Origin: Ylistrum balloti
Taxonomy: Eukaryota
Direction of reading: 5' to 3'
NCBI RefSeq assembly: GCF_031769215.1
Contig: NW_026781960.1
Coordinates: forward strand, 62,001-126,000
Length of the DNA: 64,000 bases
Position numbers and translations under genes: made by a program
Part shown: piece by piece, positions 12,259 to 25,200 of the stretch
Layout of the letters: each line of letters opens with the position of its first letter
Numbering within the stretch: position 1 is the first letter of the stretch
The notes under the pieces: model-generated
Database searches by the model: none
Seen by the model: the letters and a program-made list of their open reading frames with translations, nothing else
What the model was told of the DNA's origin: nothing

Positions 12259-14827
12259 GGTATGATAATGGAGTATAGAATTACTCAGGACAGAAAGGCT
12301 TTTTATTCGGGTTATGTCTGTAGTCGATCTGAATTTTCTTTCGGTAAGAGCGTCGAACAATAAAGCATTCTTCCGCACCGATGACAATGTGATCCTACAT
12401 GTTGTAAGGAAACCATCATTTCACTATCATTTTAACATAAAATAAAACCTCAATACCGTGCCATGAGTGGTTTCCCTATACAAGTAGTCGCCAGTCAATG
12501 CAGGTTTTCAGTATATAATTTCCCATATACATTTTTTCCAGTTATGTTATCTTTATTGATGTCGTACGTACTGGATTTCGTGGTGGATAAATAGTACTTC
12601 TGAAATCAACGATAATAATAATAAAAAAAACCAAGAAACTTAAAAGATAAAATATTTTTTAAAGCAAGGTATGGATTTTGAAGTATGAATATATATGTAT
12701 AATAATGTTACGATATTGAGAATGAATTTCACGGTTAGAGACATGCTACTCTCTGTTCATTTTCCATTACACATTATTAATGTACAAGTTACATACATAA
12801 AAGAATTTGAAAAGAACTGAGTCCTCCAAATGTTCATCTGTGTATCAGATTCTAACCTGCCATGCGTGATAGACTTTGAATACACAATATAAAGTGTCAA
12901 TATAGAAAAAAGATAAGTAACGAGAAATATTTCAACGCCAGAGGGAAAGTTCAGTATTAATAAACCCTTTTTTCTTCAAATTTTCAGTGTAAACATTTTG
13001 TTTAATTCAGTGTAATATCATCCCAAAAAGCAGGCACAGCTCATGCAGCGATAAAAGCCGTTTTTAATGCATATGAATTATAATGATAGCTCCTGTACAG
13101 AACAATATTGTTCATTGTTATGAAGAATGGTCCTTTGAAAGAACCGTTTATTAATAATGTGATATTGCCGACCACGACAACACCCAGAATGTGTCGTGTT
13201 TCAAGTTCGTATCGGACTACATATTGCTTGAATTTTTACCCTATCTGTTACATACCAGGAAATATGAGGCTTACTCTCTCGTGATTTTCGTTCTAAAATT
13301 TCACTGAAAGGAACACGATAATGACGTCATGATATTATTCTTCTAAATGATCTCATCTTTTACCTCAAATTTTCTCACTTATGTTTTCAATGTTTCAGGT
13401 TTAGTGTTGTTAAATAACGAATTTACATTTTGGTGGATTTCAAGAGTAACACTTGTATAAATTTAACACAATTTCGAAAACTTCCGAACGTCTGTTTACT
13501 ATTTTTCTGCACTTGTAGTTGCCTCACTAGTCTACCTCGATTAGAAAGCTTAATTTTGCCATGCGTAGAAATTCATACATGAATATACCAGATCGATTTT
13601 ACTCTCAAATGAAATTCTAATCACACCTTGATGATTTACCAATATACATATAGTGTGAATTTATTACCCTTGAACAGCAATACAGATTATATCTCGTTGA
13701 AACACATAGTCCACGTGAACTCATATTATAGACCGTTTGTATATACATACGCTATCCGGCATAGGGGGAGTAATTTGAGTGCGAGGGGAATCAGTGTTTT
13801 CCTTCCTTTTTAGTCAATGAAGTCGTAGTTAAAAAACATATTCATCTTTAAAAACAGGAAAGTTTATGGCAGATTTGACCGTGAACGAATACAAATGTTC
13901 AATTCCTACAAAATGTCTAATTTCTACAGGGTACCAAAAGTTAGTCACCTCAAACAAACTTGCAGCCGAGGAACTAAACACAGAACAATTTTCACTCCTC
14001 CACAACATTACTTGTCAATCGTGACCTTAATTTTAACACGTGAAAACGTGCAAGTAAAATCAAGTCGATTGTTGAACGCCTTCCTGAAGATGCAAAGATG
14101 GCAATCAATACTTGTGACATCCTGTCATATTCCCTTCGAATTTCCAAACTATTTTTAGTAGCATTGTTAAGCAATTAGGACAACAAAAAGACATTTTTAC
14201 AGTTTGTTGACACTGCCCTAAATTCAAATAGAGTATGACTCCTGGTCATGATATATCAACACAATACCTACACTCCCCCTTATTGGTCTGGAATGTACTA
14301 TAAGTAGGTCAGCTGATTATCAAGAAGCCGATTTAGTATGGGCTGGTTCTTATACAAAACAACTGGGCTAAATCGACCTCATGGAACAATGAATGGCATC
14401 CCATAAAAGGACCGAAGTACTATTATAGTATTTTCGCGTGTAAAATAATATTCGGGAGAAAATGATCACCTTGGTGACCGTGGGATATTGTGTACATACA
14501 TGTACCTATATATCATACTGTTAATTGATCATGTTTATATATCTACTTATTCCATCTTATATCTGTATGGTCGATACTAAATATACATAAGACAAAATTC
14601 GATAGATAAATGCCGTTTTAATGGTATTGATTTACTTGATATGAAAACAGTGACATGTTTGTCAACGCCTGTTTCGCATTTTGCAGATCTGTGTTGCTAA
14701 CATGCTTCATTTTCCCGTTCAGACCTCTACGTTTCGACACTAGGAATATAACACAAACAGTATTTGACAAATCCAATCCTATATATCGTTCGATCAACCC
14801 TTTGTCGAGACAAATGCATCACGAATT

Positions 14828-14829
14828 TA

Positions 14830-14866
<37 letters not shown>
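14828..14866. repeat. (AT)n microsatellite
   Basis: Direct reading. Confidence 0.95.
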
Positions 14867-14872
<6 letters not shown>

Positions 14873-15176
14873 GATCATTATTAAGATAAAAAGACACGTG
14901 AGTCAATACGTGTAAATATCTAACTTTATCAGGCATACTGAATCTAATAAGTAATTTGTATTGACAGGAGTACAATGGTGGTGGATTCTAGTCCACGAGA
15001 TTTGTCGTAACTTACAATCCGTGTTTTAATTCATTTGTATTGCGACACGCTTCACAATATACATATGTACAAGAAGATATTTCGCTTATTAAAACGATGA
15101 AATTTGATTGATATGTGGGTGCTAACATCTCCAATTATGTTTTGACATTGATTTCGACTTATTTCAAACCAATGTT

Positions 15177-15845
15177 GCAACGCTATTACCTAGAATAACG
15201 AAACAGCTGTAGATGTAACATCACTGACGAGTCCCAGAAGGACGAAACAGCTGTATGATGTAGCATCAGTGACAAGTCCTAGAAGGACGAAACAGCTGTA
15301 TGATGTAGCATCACTGACGAGTCCTAGAAGGACGACACAGCTGTATGATGTAGCATCACTGACGAGTTCTAGAAGGATGAAACAGCTGTATGATGTAACA
15401 TCACTGACGAGTCCTAGAAGGATGGAAAAGCTGTATGATGTAACATCACTGACGAGCCCTAGGAGGATGAAACAGCTGTATGATGTAGCATCACTGACAA
15501 GTCCTAGAAGGATGAAACAGCTGTATGATGTCACATCACTGACAAGTCCTAGAAGGATGGAACAGCTGTATGATGTAGCATCACTGACGAGTCCTAGAAG
15601 GACGAAACAGCTGTATGATGTAGCATCACTGACGAGTCCAAGAAGGACGAAACAGCTGTATGATGTCACATCACTGACAAGTCCTAGAAGGATGGAACAG
15701 CTGTATGATGTAGCATCACTGACGAGTCCTAGAAGGACGAAACAGCTGTATGATGTAGCATCACTGACGAGTCCAAGAAGGACGAAACAGCTGTATGATG
15801 TAGCATCACTGACGAGTCCTAGAAGGATGAAACAGTTGTTTGATG
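15177..15845 (+). ncRNA. Tandem array of minimal hammerhead ribozymes, 45-bp unit, 14 recognisable copies plus one decayed lead copy
   Basis: Unit: CATCA-CTGACGA-GTCC-TAGAA-GGAC-GAAA-CAGCTG-TA-TGATG-TAG. It has the conserved core CUGANGA...GAAA...UH, stem I CAUCA/UGAUG, stem II GUCC/GGAC and palindromic stem III ACAGCUGU. Copies with core and stems intact start near 15219, 15579, 15624, 15714 and 15759. Confidence 0.88.
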
Positions 15846-18800
15846 ATGTTAATTTCATTTCTTGGCTATATGGCATCAAATTCTGAATTTGTATTGAAAG
15901 GCGCTATTCTCGTTCTAAAAATTTACAAACTAATAAGACAGAACATTCATTATATGGAATTCTTTGATGTATAAAATATCTTATTAAAATAGTTCAATAC
16001 GTGTGTGATATTCTAAAACATGTTGCCATCACAATATTGATATATTTCAAACTTGTTACGTTATTCAGGCTGTTGGTATCAAAATGAGAACCGATAAGGA
16101 AGAATGATACTTGACTTGGGAAAAAGGAGACCATGGCCCTAAAAGCGATAGTATCTTTATAAGGAAAAGACAACGTCAAAAACGTAATCATGTTCTGTAA
16201 ACACAAACATACAATTTTCAAGATGGCGTTTGATTTCTGTATGTATAATAAATAATATATTCTTTTATTGTACCTTGGATAAAGATATTACCTGCTTAGA
16301 TGTACCCACCAATATTAAGTCGGAATCCCTTAAACTTAACAGTAATCGGTAGACTTACAGAAAACAAGGAGGGGAAGTGTGTTGTGTAAATGCTGGCACT
16401 ACGTAACTATAAACCTACGTCTTTAATCTGATGATACAATTGCTGGTTAAATAAATAGTCGATACTACAGGCTACTCCTTGGCTGTATTGTACGACAGGT
16501 TGCGTCTTATGAAGGGCGTTGACGTGTGTCAGTGAAAAGGTCTTCAGAACTGGCCTACTTGTTACACATCTCCCACCCTACCCGTCTATTGTGATACGGT
16601 CCGGATGACACACCAGGTAGCTACCTATTACAGAATGTAGACTAGACACACGATATAAAAAGGTGATCATTCGTTGTTACACATGTTTACTCAGCATGGG
16701 ATCGCCTTTTTATTGCACAGCTTTATTTTAATGTATTGATATTTTTTCGTCCCGTGTTATATTATTCTAGTTTTCAAATGTGTTATTGTCTTGCGATCGA
16801 CGCATTTATACGTAAGCTCTAGTTTTGCATCAAATTCATCAATTAAAGCATCTTTGGATTGTGATTGTGTAGACATGTTATTTTAGTCTTGTTGTTTTAT
16901 AACATTTGTAAATCTTGTTGTTTCTTGTTTAGTATTTTATTATCATGAATAGAGTGTGTAAGGGAAAATGATAGAAGTGTATGGTTGTCTGAAATTACGA
17001 AATAATTCAGTTTAAGGGACATTATTTTCTGTAATATAGTTTACATTATATACATATCTGCACAAACATCACCCAGAAAAGTGCATAAAAAAGTTAAACT
17101 TATGAAACAAAAGAAATACAATGAATGCTTTCTGAATATACCTCCATGAATCCCTGGTAACCACATTACACTAGGGCTGTATAATGTTTTTATCATTCCA
17201 TAATCTCTTTATTCGTGTTTCAAACTTGATTAATGTAATTTCAGTATTACAGTATTTTTCTATTAACATAACGTTTTGAGTCCGTTACGAAAACTTAAAC
17301 AAGAAATTGATACAATCTATAGATAAAATTTGGCTGATAAAATGCACGTGATGCTTTCTGGATCATCAACTCTATCGATAGATCTATCACTGATATCAAC
17401 AATAATGACGTAAAATAGCCCTTGTTCACAGTAGCAATCATTGGTTTCTCTGAGTATTGCTCAGTATTCAGCTCATGCTATAAATATTCTTTAATATGGT
17501 TTAGTCGTTGTTAGTATAGTAATCTTTAGCTATCATAGTCTATAAAAATAAAAATATACTGTACTTTGGGACATATGGCTGTTTCTTACAATTGTATAAT
17601 TAGTATTAGGTATCTTTGGATACCTGAAAAAGTGAATAGAACTTTGTGTATCCGAACGACAGCGGCCCTCTCCATTTAAATATGACTTACCGTATATATA
17701 AATTTCGGCGTTGTTAACCGTATTTTTATTACCAATATACTGTCGAACAAGTCAGCGAAGTATCTACTTGCCTATGGTTTTCTGCTGTACAATTCTACAG
17801 ATACCTGACTAGATTTTGGAATGTTAATGCGACCATAGGATTGTCGTGTCTAAGGAGCATTACCATAAAGATGTAGATTTGTAAAGTTGGACACCTCTAT
17901 TCATCGTGGCTAACAAAACCCGACATACATTTGATCAGTAATATATCACGCCCTGTCTATAGCTCCTATTATTTAAAGGTCACTAAAATGCGCGGGGACC
18001 TGGTGGGAACGCATATGTCCTTAACACAATGGCGAGAGATAAACCATTATTTAATAGTACATTGTACACAGCAAAGAATACCGAAAATTCGAAATGTCCA
18101 ATAAGTATTTGAATACATTTTAAACAGATTCCAAACAGATTGACAATAAAAAAAAAAAAACAAACAAACAAATATATTGCAAATGTGCAGAATTTATGGG
18201 CTTACCGAAGATTGTCTTTCCTGAACGACATGCATGTCGAAGTCAAATGACGAAAGAAATCTAAGATCGTACAGAAGACACACAGAAGTAAACAGCACCT
18301 TTAATACAAACTTATTACAATAGAGCCAATCGATAAACTGCATCGTAAAATAGATTTAGCTATACACTGAATGGAAAATGTAGATGATTTGAAAGGAAAA
18401 CTGAATTTTTCTCAATATATATCCTTATTTTGTATCATTATGATATCAAATTATGGAATATCGACCTCATAACAACATTAAAATGTCGGTATGAATGAAG
18501 TGACAAGACATAATTGTTTGAAATACTGATACTTGTGTCCCATCTAATATCGAATTCATGGCTAATATGATATCTTTTTATAGAATTTACTACTAGCTTT
18601 ATATTGTAATATGTGTATCCCTGGTTACTATGTTGTTATTTCCCTAGTTCTCGCCTTGAGAACAGGACATGTACACCATGGTTGTCGTTCATAGAGACAA
18701 ACTTCCGGTTTGTTTTAATATCATTTAACATCGTCAGATATCTAAGACTATCGATGTCAAAACTGATATATTTTTATATTACATACTGATTTTTTTAACC

Positions 18801-21800
18801 TGTACAGATATCTGATGAAACTAATCGATTGAAATAAAATTTCTGAATTCATCTTTTGAACATGTTTTGAATCCGAAACAGCTGTACACACTACAGTGTG
18901 TAATTGTATCACAGTGTCACACGTACACTTCTGATGATCTTCATTACATTTAGTTGTGACATATGGCCAAGGCATGATAAATAGGATTTTTGTCAGAAAC
19001 TAGATTTAAACGAAGGATTCAATCAAAAGCCTTCCTTTTAATATATTCTTGTTTTTATTTTATATCTGCTGTAATTTATATCATATTCCTGTTTACGGTA
19101 CAGTTTAGAAAGGCAAAACAATCACTTATCTCAAACACATGATAAATGCTGACTTATAAATCAACAAAGAGAGAGTTTTTATTTCTACTTTGAATAAATT
19201 ATAAACAAACTTTCAATATCATTGCAAAACGTTAGTGAAAACGGAAGGGATGCAGACAGAAGGAAGGCTTACAAGATAATGTGATGTTTAATCATAAGTT
19301 TCATTAAAGCTTTTTTTTTGTTAAAAGTGAAACCCATCCTTGACACTATACTACAATGAATACTTATATGTATTAGGCATTTTCTACCTGTACAATGAAA
19401 AGTTTGGTGACGTGCATCTCCCCGCAATACAACAATCACAAATGAATTTCACTGGTCTCCGTGGCATGTAGCACCAGCTGGCAAATCCTAGAAGTGTGAA
19501 ACAAGTATATGATGCAGGTTAATTCATTTTCTGTCTCTATCATATTTTAATATGTATTTAAAGTGCTATACACTAAATTATGTTTCTGTTGTACAATCTA
19601 TTGAGATGTGAGTCTTTGGATTTCTTACCTTATCCCAAACTTTGGTGCGTTGTCATTCGAACGATAAGACATCTGTTGTTTTTCAACAGATTTTGAGTGT
19701 GAACGATATACTTGTAAGTATATGGTGTGATATTTTATAGGGTATATAGTTAATGATAGCTAATTGTGTACTCTTTAATGAATCGTTTTGTAAAGCTGTT
19801 TTTTTTTTCATTTATCCAAATACAGAATAAAACATTCGAAAACACATCAACTTCGCATTCCCTTTTCATACCTCATACATGTTTTCAAAATATACCATAT
19901 TTTAGCCTTAATAAATTCATTTACTGAAAAAGTCGAAAAGAATCATGAATCATACAATTATATTTATCAGAAAAAAATTGTTGTGATAACAATCTACCCA
20001 GTGTACTTCATGACACTAAAAGTTTCATCACGATCAAATAAGAAGTTCATTAATTCTTATTGACGTGTTTTACATTGGTTTAACATTCACACCCACCCCG
20101 CCCCAGTCGGCCTCGTTAAACGTCACGATCTATTACGCCGTACCTTGGTCTATCCTGATCTGCTGGGTACGGAATGACGTGTGACAAGTAAGATTTTCGC
20201 CTTATATACCTGGACAAAAATAGAAACCCTCAGGGGGGTCTATGTCACGTGGTTAGCACCCTACAAACCCACTGAATCGTGTCCTGTTTTCAATGTCAAA
20301 CGTTGTGTTCAGTGACATTCTTCAGTGCGCCCAGCCTTTTACGACTTAAGACGCTTAGCACAAATTATTCAAGTTATACATAGTTTGTCAATCAAATAGG
20401 TTAAATCCTGGTTATATAGCCATCACAAATATAACAATGGGACAGACTATTGTTGAATACGATATTGGATATTCAAATACTTCAACGGGTGCCTTTTAAT
20501 TTTCTCAATCAACAATAAACAGCTGAGAAAATCCAGGCTGTAAGCTATCGATACTTTTACTTCCGATATATAATACTTTCCCTGGTGCACAAGTGGCTAA
20601 TTATAAATTGTGCGGTTAGTGTTTACAATGCATGGCGATGTTTTTGTGTTTACGTCTATTCCTTAATAACCCCAAATTTCGCGGGCTCACCCAAGGATTG
20701 GTCAACTTATTAGGTGAATGTTTAAATTTCTGTCAAATTATATCTTAAATATCGTATTGATATGAAGCCCGTGCTTCTTTGTAAAAGCAGATTCTAAAAT
20801 AAGATATTTTGAAACCTTGTTGTGGATTTTGTTCCAATTTGTTCAGCGCGAAGAATTTTCATGTTAATGATGTTCCCAGAGTCTGGAGCAGTTGTGGACT
20901 TAAGTGGACATTTCGGAGTGGTTGCTTAGAAAGCAAAGAAAGAAACTGCACTTGATTGTAAGATTGTCCACTTTGTCTACAGACAACATTACAAAACGAA
21001 CAAGATATTTTTATTGTATAAAGTAAATAGTGTTGTCCCCGATTGATTTTATCGCTGTCAGCTTGATGAAAGTTATCCATATATATCAATATGACAGGCA
21101 AATCGTTATATGAAGTTTTTGAACATGCCGATATCATCAATTCTGTTCATTTGAATATTCTCTATTCTTTTAAACGCGGTAATGGCAGCGTTTTGATTTT
21201 TTCTGACACTAGCGGTAATAAATTTGTGGCTTTTGAGCTAGTAGATCATGGTCTCATTAAAAAAATCGGTTCATTTTGAATCTCGTGAGACCCATATGAT
21301 ATTGTCCGACGTATGTTTAAACAGAGTTGATTTACCACACTTTTGAGAGATAATATTGTCATTACCAGCAAACAGTGACTTAAACAGATCGAAAAATATC
21401 CTGTAACACGGTAAATTTCAACATATTTGATAACATTACGTACAGGATAAGCAAACATTGAAAAGGACGTAACTCCTTGAGGATGTTTAACAATGGTGAA
21501 TCAAGGAACCCGATTGTATAGGACAGGGATTAATGGGGTCATGTGACCAAATGCGTCTCATGTGGGTCAGATTATGCGATTTAATGTAATTAAAGAGAAA
21601 CTAACGCCTGTGATACCAGTTTTTATCTATACAACATATACCCCGCGGTGTGGTGTTTGTCGGGACAGGCACGTCCGGACACTGTCATCAACATTTACTG
21701 AATATAATAGACACATATTTCCCGTGGTCATCGATACTGCCAAGGGTCAGTCGTACAAACGGCTATTGAAAACCACAGACGATGACCAAGGAATGAAGTA

Positions 21801-22289
21801 CCACACCCACACGCTGAATGGTCAGGTCGTCCAGTTTAACAGGATTTGACCGGGCTAACCCATAAAATCACTGACCATGACGGATTTGGTGACAGTTGTG
21901 ACAATGACCGAAAGAGTTCAGTTTCAGTTGACCATTCATAGCTGGAACTAGATTTTAGATTGAATCTGTCCAGTGTATTTGTAGCACCTCGTACCTCTGA
22001 TGAAGTGACAACCAAAATAAATACCACCGTTAATGCAAGTATTGGGTGTGAACAAAGGGAGGTAATCGATGGAATTCAAGCAGATATTCTGATGGCTCGA
22101 TTCCAATATGGAATTCATGTACTAATTAGTCGTAAGGTTTCCGTATAAAATCTATTTCCTTTCTACAAAACTGTCGTAAATCACATGACCACTAAACGTT
22201 TTATCTAGTATTAATTCGTTTGTATGTTATCATTATTGCCGAGTCAACAGTTATTTTTAGTTGAGGTCTCGTTTAAGTACATGTAGCTG

Positions 22290-22475
22290 GTTTCTACATT
22301 AAGTGATGTGTCTATGGGAGGCCCGTCGCATGAAATCAAGAGTGATTAGAGTAAGGTGACTTGTCTAAGGACACAGCCAGGACACCATATGGCGGCCCGT
22401 TTCTCAGGTTACCTAGAACAATAACAGGACGAATCAGGAACCGTGGAATCTGGATGTGTCGCTACAGTTACTCAA
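22290..22475 (-). mobile_element. Degenerate SINE-like element
   Basis: The minus strand carries CTGTGTCCTTAGACAAGTCAC, resembling the GTGTCCTTGRGCAAG box common in the bodies of tRNA-derived SINEs. The head is decayed. Confidence 0.4.
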
Positions 22476-23130
22476 GGTTTATAAATATATATACATCATG
22501 TTTCATGTCATAATTGGATAATATTGAAGACACGTTTTAAAATAATTATTACTATTTCACAATTTTACAGCTTTCGTTGCAATGTATCCATCCCATTAGT
22601 TTAGGATGTCTGAGGATAGCCTTGTCTAATGAGGGTACATGCGCGTATGTACATATCTTAATTTGTCAATGTACAACAACGTCAAGCTGGCAAACGTAGT
22701 TTGGGTATAACCCGTTGGTATAAATAAACGTGAAGCGATATATCAAATACACGGGAAAAGGTACACCTAAAATTTTAACATTATAAGCATTGAAACAGAC
22801 AAAGGGTGTATTCAGATATTTTCTCATAGTTTTGTAGAATTTGAAATTGTTAGGATATAGCACATATAAAAGGTTTTTTTGTGTAATTTTGTGTTTGCAC
22901 TTTTGTTTTTTTTCTCTGTTTTTCTGTTTATTTATTTTCCCAGGCTCTGTAAATTTGTATGAAAATTGCAGTTAAATAAAAAAAAAATGTAAATACATCT
23001 ATAATAATTCTGCTTCTCTAAAACCGATATAGATTTGTTAACTGAACATTATGTATATTGAAGATTATACAAAAGACACCTTTTCATAATTTTGAGCTAG
23101 ATACGGTATAGCCAAACCAATGCCTTAAAT

Positions 23131-23176
23131 TGCATCGTACAGCTGTTTCGTCCTTCTAGGACTCGTCAGTGATGCA
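23131..23176 (-). ncRNA. Solo minimal type I hammerhead ribozyme, core intact
   Basis: Minus strand: TGCATCA-CTGACGA-GTCC-TAGAA-GGAC-GAAA-CAGCTG-TA-CGATGCA. Core and stem II are identical to the array consensus; stem I has 6 bp plus an A-C mismatch next to the core. Confidence 0.85.
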
Positions 23177-25200
23177 AAGAACCTAAATTTTGAAGTCTAA
23201 GAGGCTACTGAGGAAACTCCAAAGTGATCGGAAGAAAAGTCGAATGAAGACGGTAAGTTTCAGCAGCCCCATATATCAGACAATTCAGTTTAGAACAGCG
23301 TCAACTATATTCTGAACCGTAACACAATTCGAACGAATTAAAACGAGGCATGCAGGTTACGGCAAACTTTGGGGACTTAAAATCAACACGTGAATAGCAC
23401 ATTTGAATAATTTAGTGTTAGATACAATAAGAACCAAATAATTGTCATTCAAAGGGAAGTAACTCCTAAAATGTTTTGGTAATACTTTAACAAGATAGTG
23501 TGATTTCGGTTACACTTTAAAAGGTACAATACAATACTATAATACCGATAGAAGATCGGGAAACAAGTCTGAAGTTTATATATATTTTTTTCTTATGGAT
23601 ATTACGAACTATACGCGATAAACATCGATAAGATGGTTAGGACATGCACAGTGAATAAGATTTCTCTCGATCATAAATACAAAACTATGTAGACACACAA
23701 TTAAAAAACACAAGATGTAAAAGATAGCCTGGTGACAAAAAAAAATCAGAGTTATATCCATCGTGTTTAACAAAGAAATGTTTATTTTGCCATTTATAAG
23801 GTGCGTTTTAAGTATCAAACTGAACTTTCTTCAGTAATGAAAGATAGATTATTACAGAATTGAAACGACGGAGATGAAAGTATTCCTGGTGTAGATTCGT
23901 AAGTGTGTCACAAAGTTTAACATATATATTGTAAAAAAAACTGACAAAAACGATATGAAAGTTGCGGACAAAGCCATTCTATATAGTACGAATCTAGCAT
24001 TAAGAGGCGATATGAATGACAGATCTGGATACAAATATTATATTTCACGTTTTATTATACAAAGTCAAAATTTCAAACTTCAAATCTTTTATTATGTAGC
24101 AGGGTTAAAATTTGTAAAAATACCAACCGTTGAACACACTGTTGAGAGTTATTGTATTTACTCTGAAGACATAAATGGATTTCCCCTCAGCAGTTAAACA
24201 ACAGCACAATATCAACAATTATAATGAACTGCATTCAAATGTCGCACTTATACAGCACACTATTTGGGTATAAATTGTACAACTAGTCACGTTAGATTGA
24301 AATGAGAATTTTTAACATTTTATATTTACATTAAACCGACTCTATACATATACATTCGTGTACGTTATATTCAACATGTACATGTAAATCTATAGTTTTA
24401 ATATATATGGATACTAGAGAATACAATATATATAGTTTCTGAATAAAAATTAGTTTTTAAATAAGATGGAAACGTGATAGTAATCATACCTATTTAAGGA
24501 ACAGGGGACATTTAGTGGGGAGCGCACCTTGCTATTATCGATGATTTTTTTGTGTTTAAATGATAAATATAATCTCATAAAATTAACATTAAAACAATAT
24601 AGCGTAACCGGTTCATATACAAATTACGAAACAACAAATATGATATGAAAATATCAAAGGAAGTAAATGTAGGATTTAGATAAAATATTTAGTTCGTTAA
24701 TTTCTGACCTGCCGTAATGAGAGTCTGTTACGTGTAATTGTGGAATGCTGAATACTACGCCAAGTTTAGAAAGTACACTATCAAATTGGGAAAGAATTCC
24801 GACGGACAATATCTCAACTGAGGAGCAGCAAGATAATAGGCCCTTTATGGTATATTTCGTTGTATTGAGAGATTAAAACCCGCTAATCTAGCTGTTACTC
24901 TACCGTGAACGAGTGCGGAAGTCGAGATTATATTGAAAACCCGGTGAACACATATATGGGCGACGGGAACAAAGCGATGACACGTACACATATACAGGTG
25001 TAATGCGGTCACAGGTGTGTGTGTTACAGTTCTGCAAAGATGGCGGTAAACAGGAAGTGGATAGAAAAACGATAAACAGAAAGTAGCCAGTATATTTGGC
25101 CCGTGTGTGTATGTTTACACAAATACCGGGACGGGATAGCATTCCGTAGTCTCACAAGAGCTCTACAGGAGAACATGGAGTCATACATGTACCCACAACA

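Noticed and set aside
12262-12345. Short + strand frame MIMEYRITQDRKAFYSGYVCSRSEFSF ending at a GTAAGA donor
   Set aside because: No partner exon or recognisable homology; could easily arise by chance.
11007-12387. Long His/Pro/Thr-rich ORFs
   Set aside because: Read-through of a 47-bp unit that is not a multiple of 3; frames cycle.
15190-15886. 205-aa and 229-aa repetitive ORFs over the 45-bp array
   Set aside because: The unit is fully explained by hammerhead RNA structure; open frames follow from a 45-bp unit lacking stops.
18875-18900. GAAACAGCTGTA motif like the hammerhead 3' half
   Set aside because: No CUGANGA core or stem II upstream. Isolated CTGATGA hits (e.g. ~8771, ~18815, ~21997, ~54723) likewise lack stem II and GAAA.
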